This document shows positions 62,355 to 64,000 of a stretch of DNA of 64,000 nt, in pieces. Made by a program: the position numbers and the translations under genes. The stretch is taken from contig NC_059436.1 of assembly GCF_021028975.2 (NCBI RefSeq), positions 30,628,001-30,692,000 on the forward strand. The letters run 5' to 3'. The stretch comes from Sphaerodactylus townsendi. Its lineage: Eukaryota. Position 1 is the stretch's first letter. Each line of letters begins with the position of its first letter. The notes under the pieces are model-generated. The model did not search any database, was not told where the DNA came from, and saw only the letters and a list, made by a program, of their open reading frames with translations.

Positions 62355-64000
62355 GTTGAGTGTTGGAATAGGGCCTGGGAGACCCATTTTCAAATCTGCA
62401 CTCAGCCATGAAACTCACTTGGAGGCCTTGAGTCTGCTATTGACTTAACTCACAAGGTGGTTGTATGAGTGCTTTGATGGCACAGCAAGTGTGTTGGAAC
62501 CAGGAATTTGAAGAAAAGATGGGATGGAAATAGACAAGTGCCAGTTCCCCTCTCTTGTGCCTTGCCATACCCTGCCCTTTGGTTTAGGATCCAAGGTAGA
62601 AAGAGAACACCTTAGGTCACCTGTTGGAATCACTCATGAATGCTTGCTGGCTTATATTGAATCCGACACTTTGTCCATCAAAGTCGGTATTGTTTACTCA
62701 GCCATCAGCTCTCCAGGGTCTTGGACAGAGAGGGATTTCACATCACCTATTACCTGGTGCTTTAGCTGAAGATATTGGAGACTGAACCCAGGGCCATCTT
62801 CCTGCAGTCCAGATTCTCTGCTGCTGAGCCATGATCCCTCCTCCAAGTTGTCACATTTTGTGTAGAGATGATCTGCTTTATCCGGGCCAGCTAGGATGTC
62901 CCCTGGCTGTTGCAGTGACAGGCCTTTGTTCCCAGAAAAAGTTTAGGACATTCTTGGCTTCTGGGATGAGTAGGGGAATTGTGCATTCTTAATGCATAGT
63001 GCAGGTCAGATGGCTGACAGTATTGGCATGGCAAATGGTGGACTATTGCCCTGGTTTCTTACTTTATCAGGATACATAAGGCAGGAATCAAGGCCAGGGC
63101 TGGGTTGTAAACCTTGAGGCAAGATAGGATAAGAGGCTATGGGTGGAGGCAGGGGTCCTTTATGACACTGCAGGGCAAAGAGCAGGTAGCAGGCTCAGCT
63201 TCAGTTGGTCCTGGGAGTTGCCCATTCTGGACAGGAAGTGTGCTGCTTGATGCATTCATTACTTTGCTTTCTGTTGTCCACCTTACTCTCTGCCCCTTAT
63301 GAAGTGGTTAGATTAGAACAGAATTTTTATTTACACCCCGCTGTCACCCATTTCCTGGGCTCAGGATAGCTTATGTCATAATGAATATAATCCAAATTTA
63401 AATCACATTTAAATATGAATTAAAATGATGTATTAATAATACACATTCCTATAATAATAGGCACCAAGATACTATAAATGTCCTCCCAGAGAATGTTCTT
63501 TACTGGCATCTGTGCCTCAAAAAAAAAAAAAAAACCAGCGGGGATGGGTGGGGGCAGAAGAGGGAGAGGGAGAGAGACGATTCCCAGAATGTAAAAGAGA
63601 AAGGGATTTGTTGCCGTGCACTTACAAGTCAGAGCTACCCTGCATGCTGGTTTTAAAACATATCCTCAAGCAAGAAACCTTGCCAAGTGCTTATCGTATA
63701 AATCTGCAGTATAACTAAAAGTCAATAAAACAATTATCAGTAAGATAATTATCAGTAAGATAAAGTCAAATAACAATTTAACCATAAAACAATCCAGAAC
63801 CAAAAATATTATTCAACGGAAAAACCAGAATTTCACGTACACAGAACCAAGCCCTCTACTGTTAGGATACAGCAGACGGTATTTGCTTGGGGACCTGTGA
63901 GCAGGTGTTGGATAGAATATCAGGACTGACTTTGTCGATGATTATGATGGGACTGGGAAAAGGAAGCATGTAAATTCTGAACCTTCAATCTTTACTGCCT

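Overview
Vertebrate genomic DNA, almost certainly a squamate reptile and probably a gecko (inferred from the CR1, 5S/Sauria-type and Squam-type SINEs and the hAT/Harbinger/Tigger MITEs). I reconstructed four spliced genes by hand; the ORF track shows only fragments of them. On the minus strand are a tandem pair of IL-1 family genes: IL1RN (31.5-36.6 kb, with secreted and intracellular first exons) and a second, IL-36Ra-like member (17.7-22.5 kb). On the plus strand are TMED4 (45.9-48.1 kb, exon 3 damaged in this sequence) and an intact 14-exon DDX56 (51.6-60.3 kb). A CpG island at 0.8-1.6 kb looks like the 5' end of a minus-strand gene leaving the window; OGDH is the synteny-based guess. The most interesting signal is the second IL-1 gene. 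Its beta-trefoil is IL-36Ra/IL-38-like, but it carries a ~49-aa leader whose end aligns without gaps to the IL-1beta pro-domain and uses IL1B-type splice positions and phases. A dense NF-kB/C-EBP/AP-1/CRE motif cluster lies just upstream of it. Comparisons with human and chicken sequences are from memory and were not run as searches.
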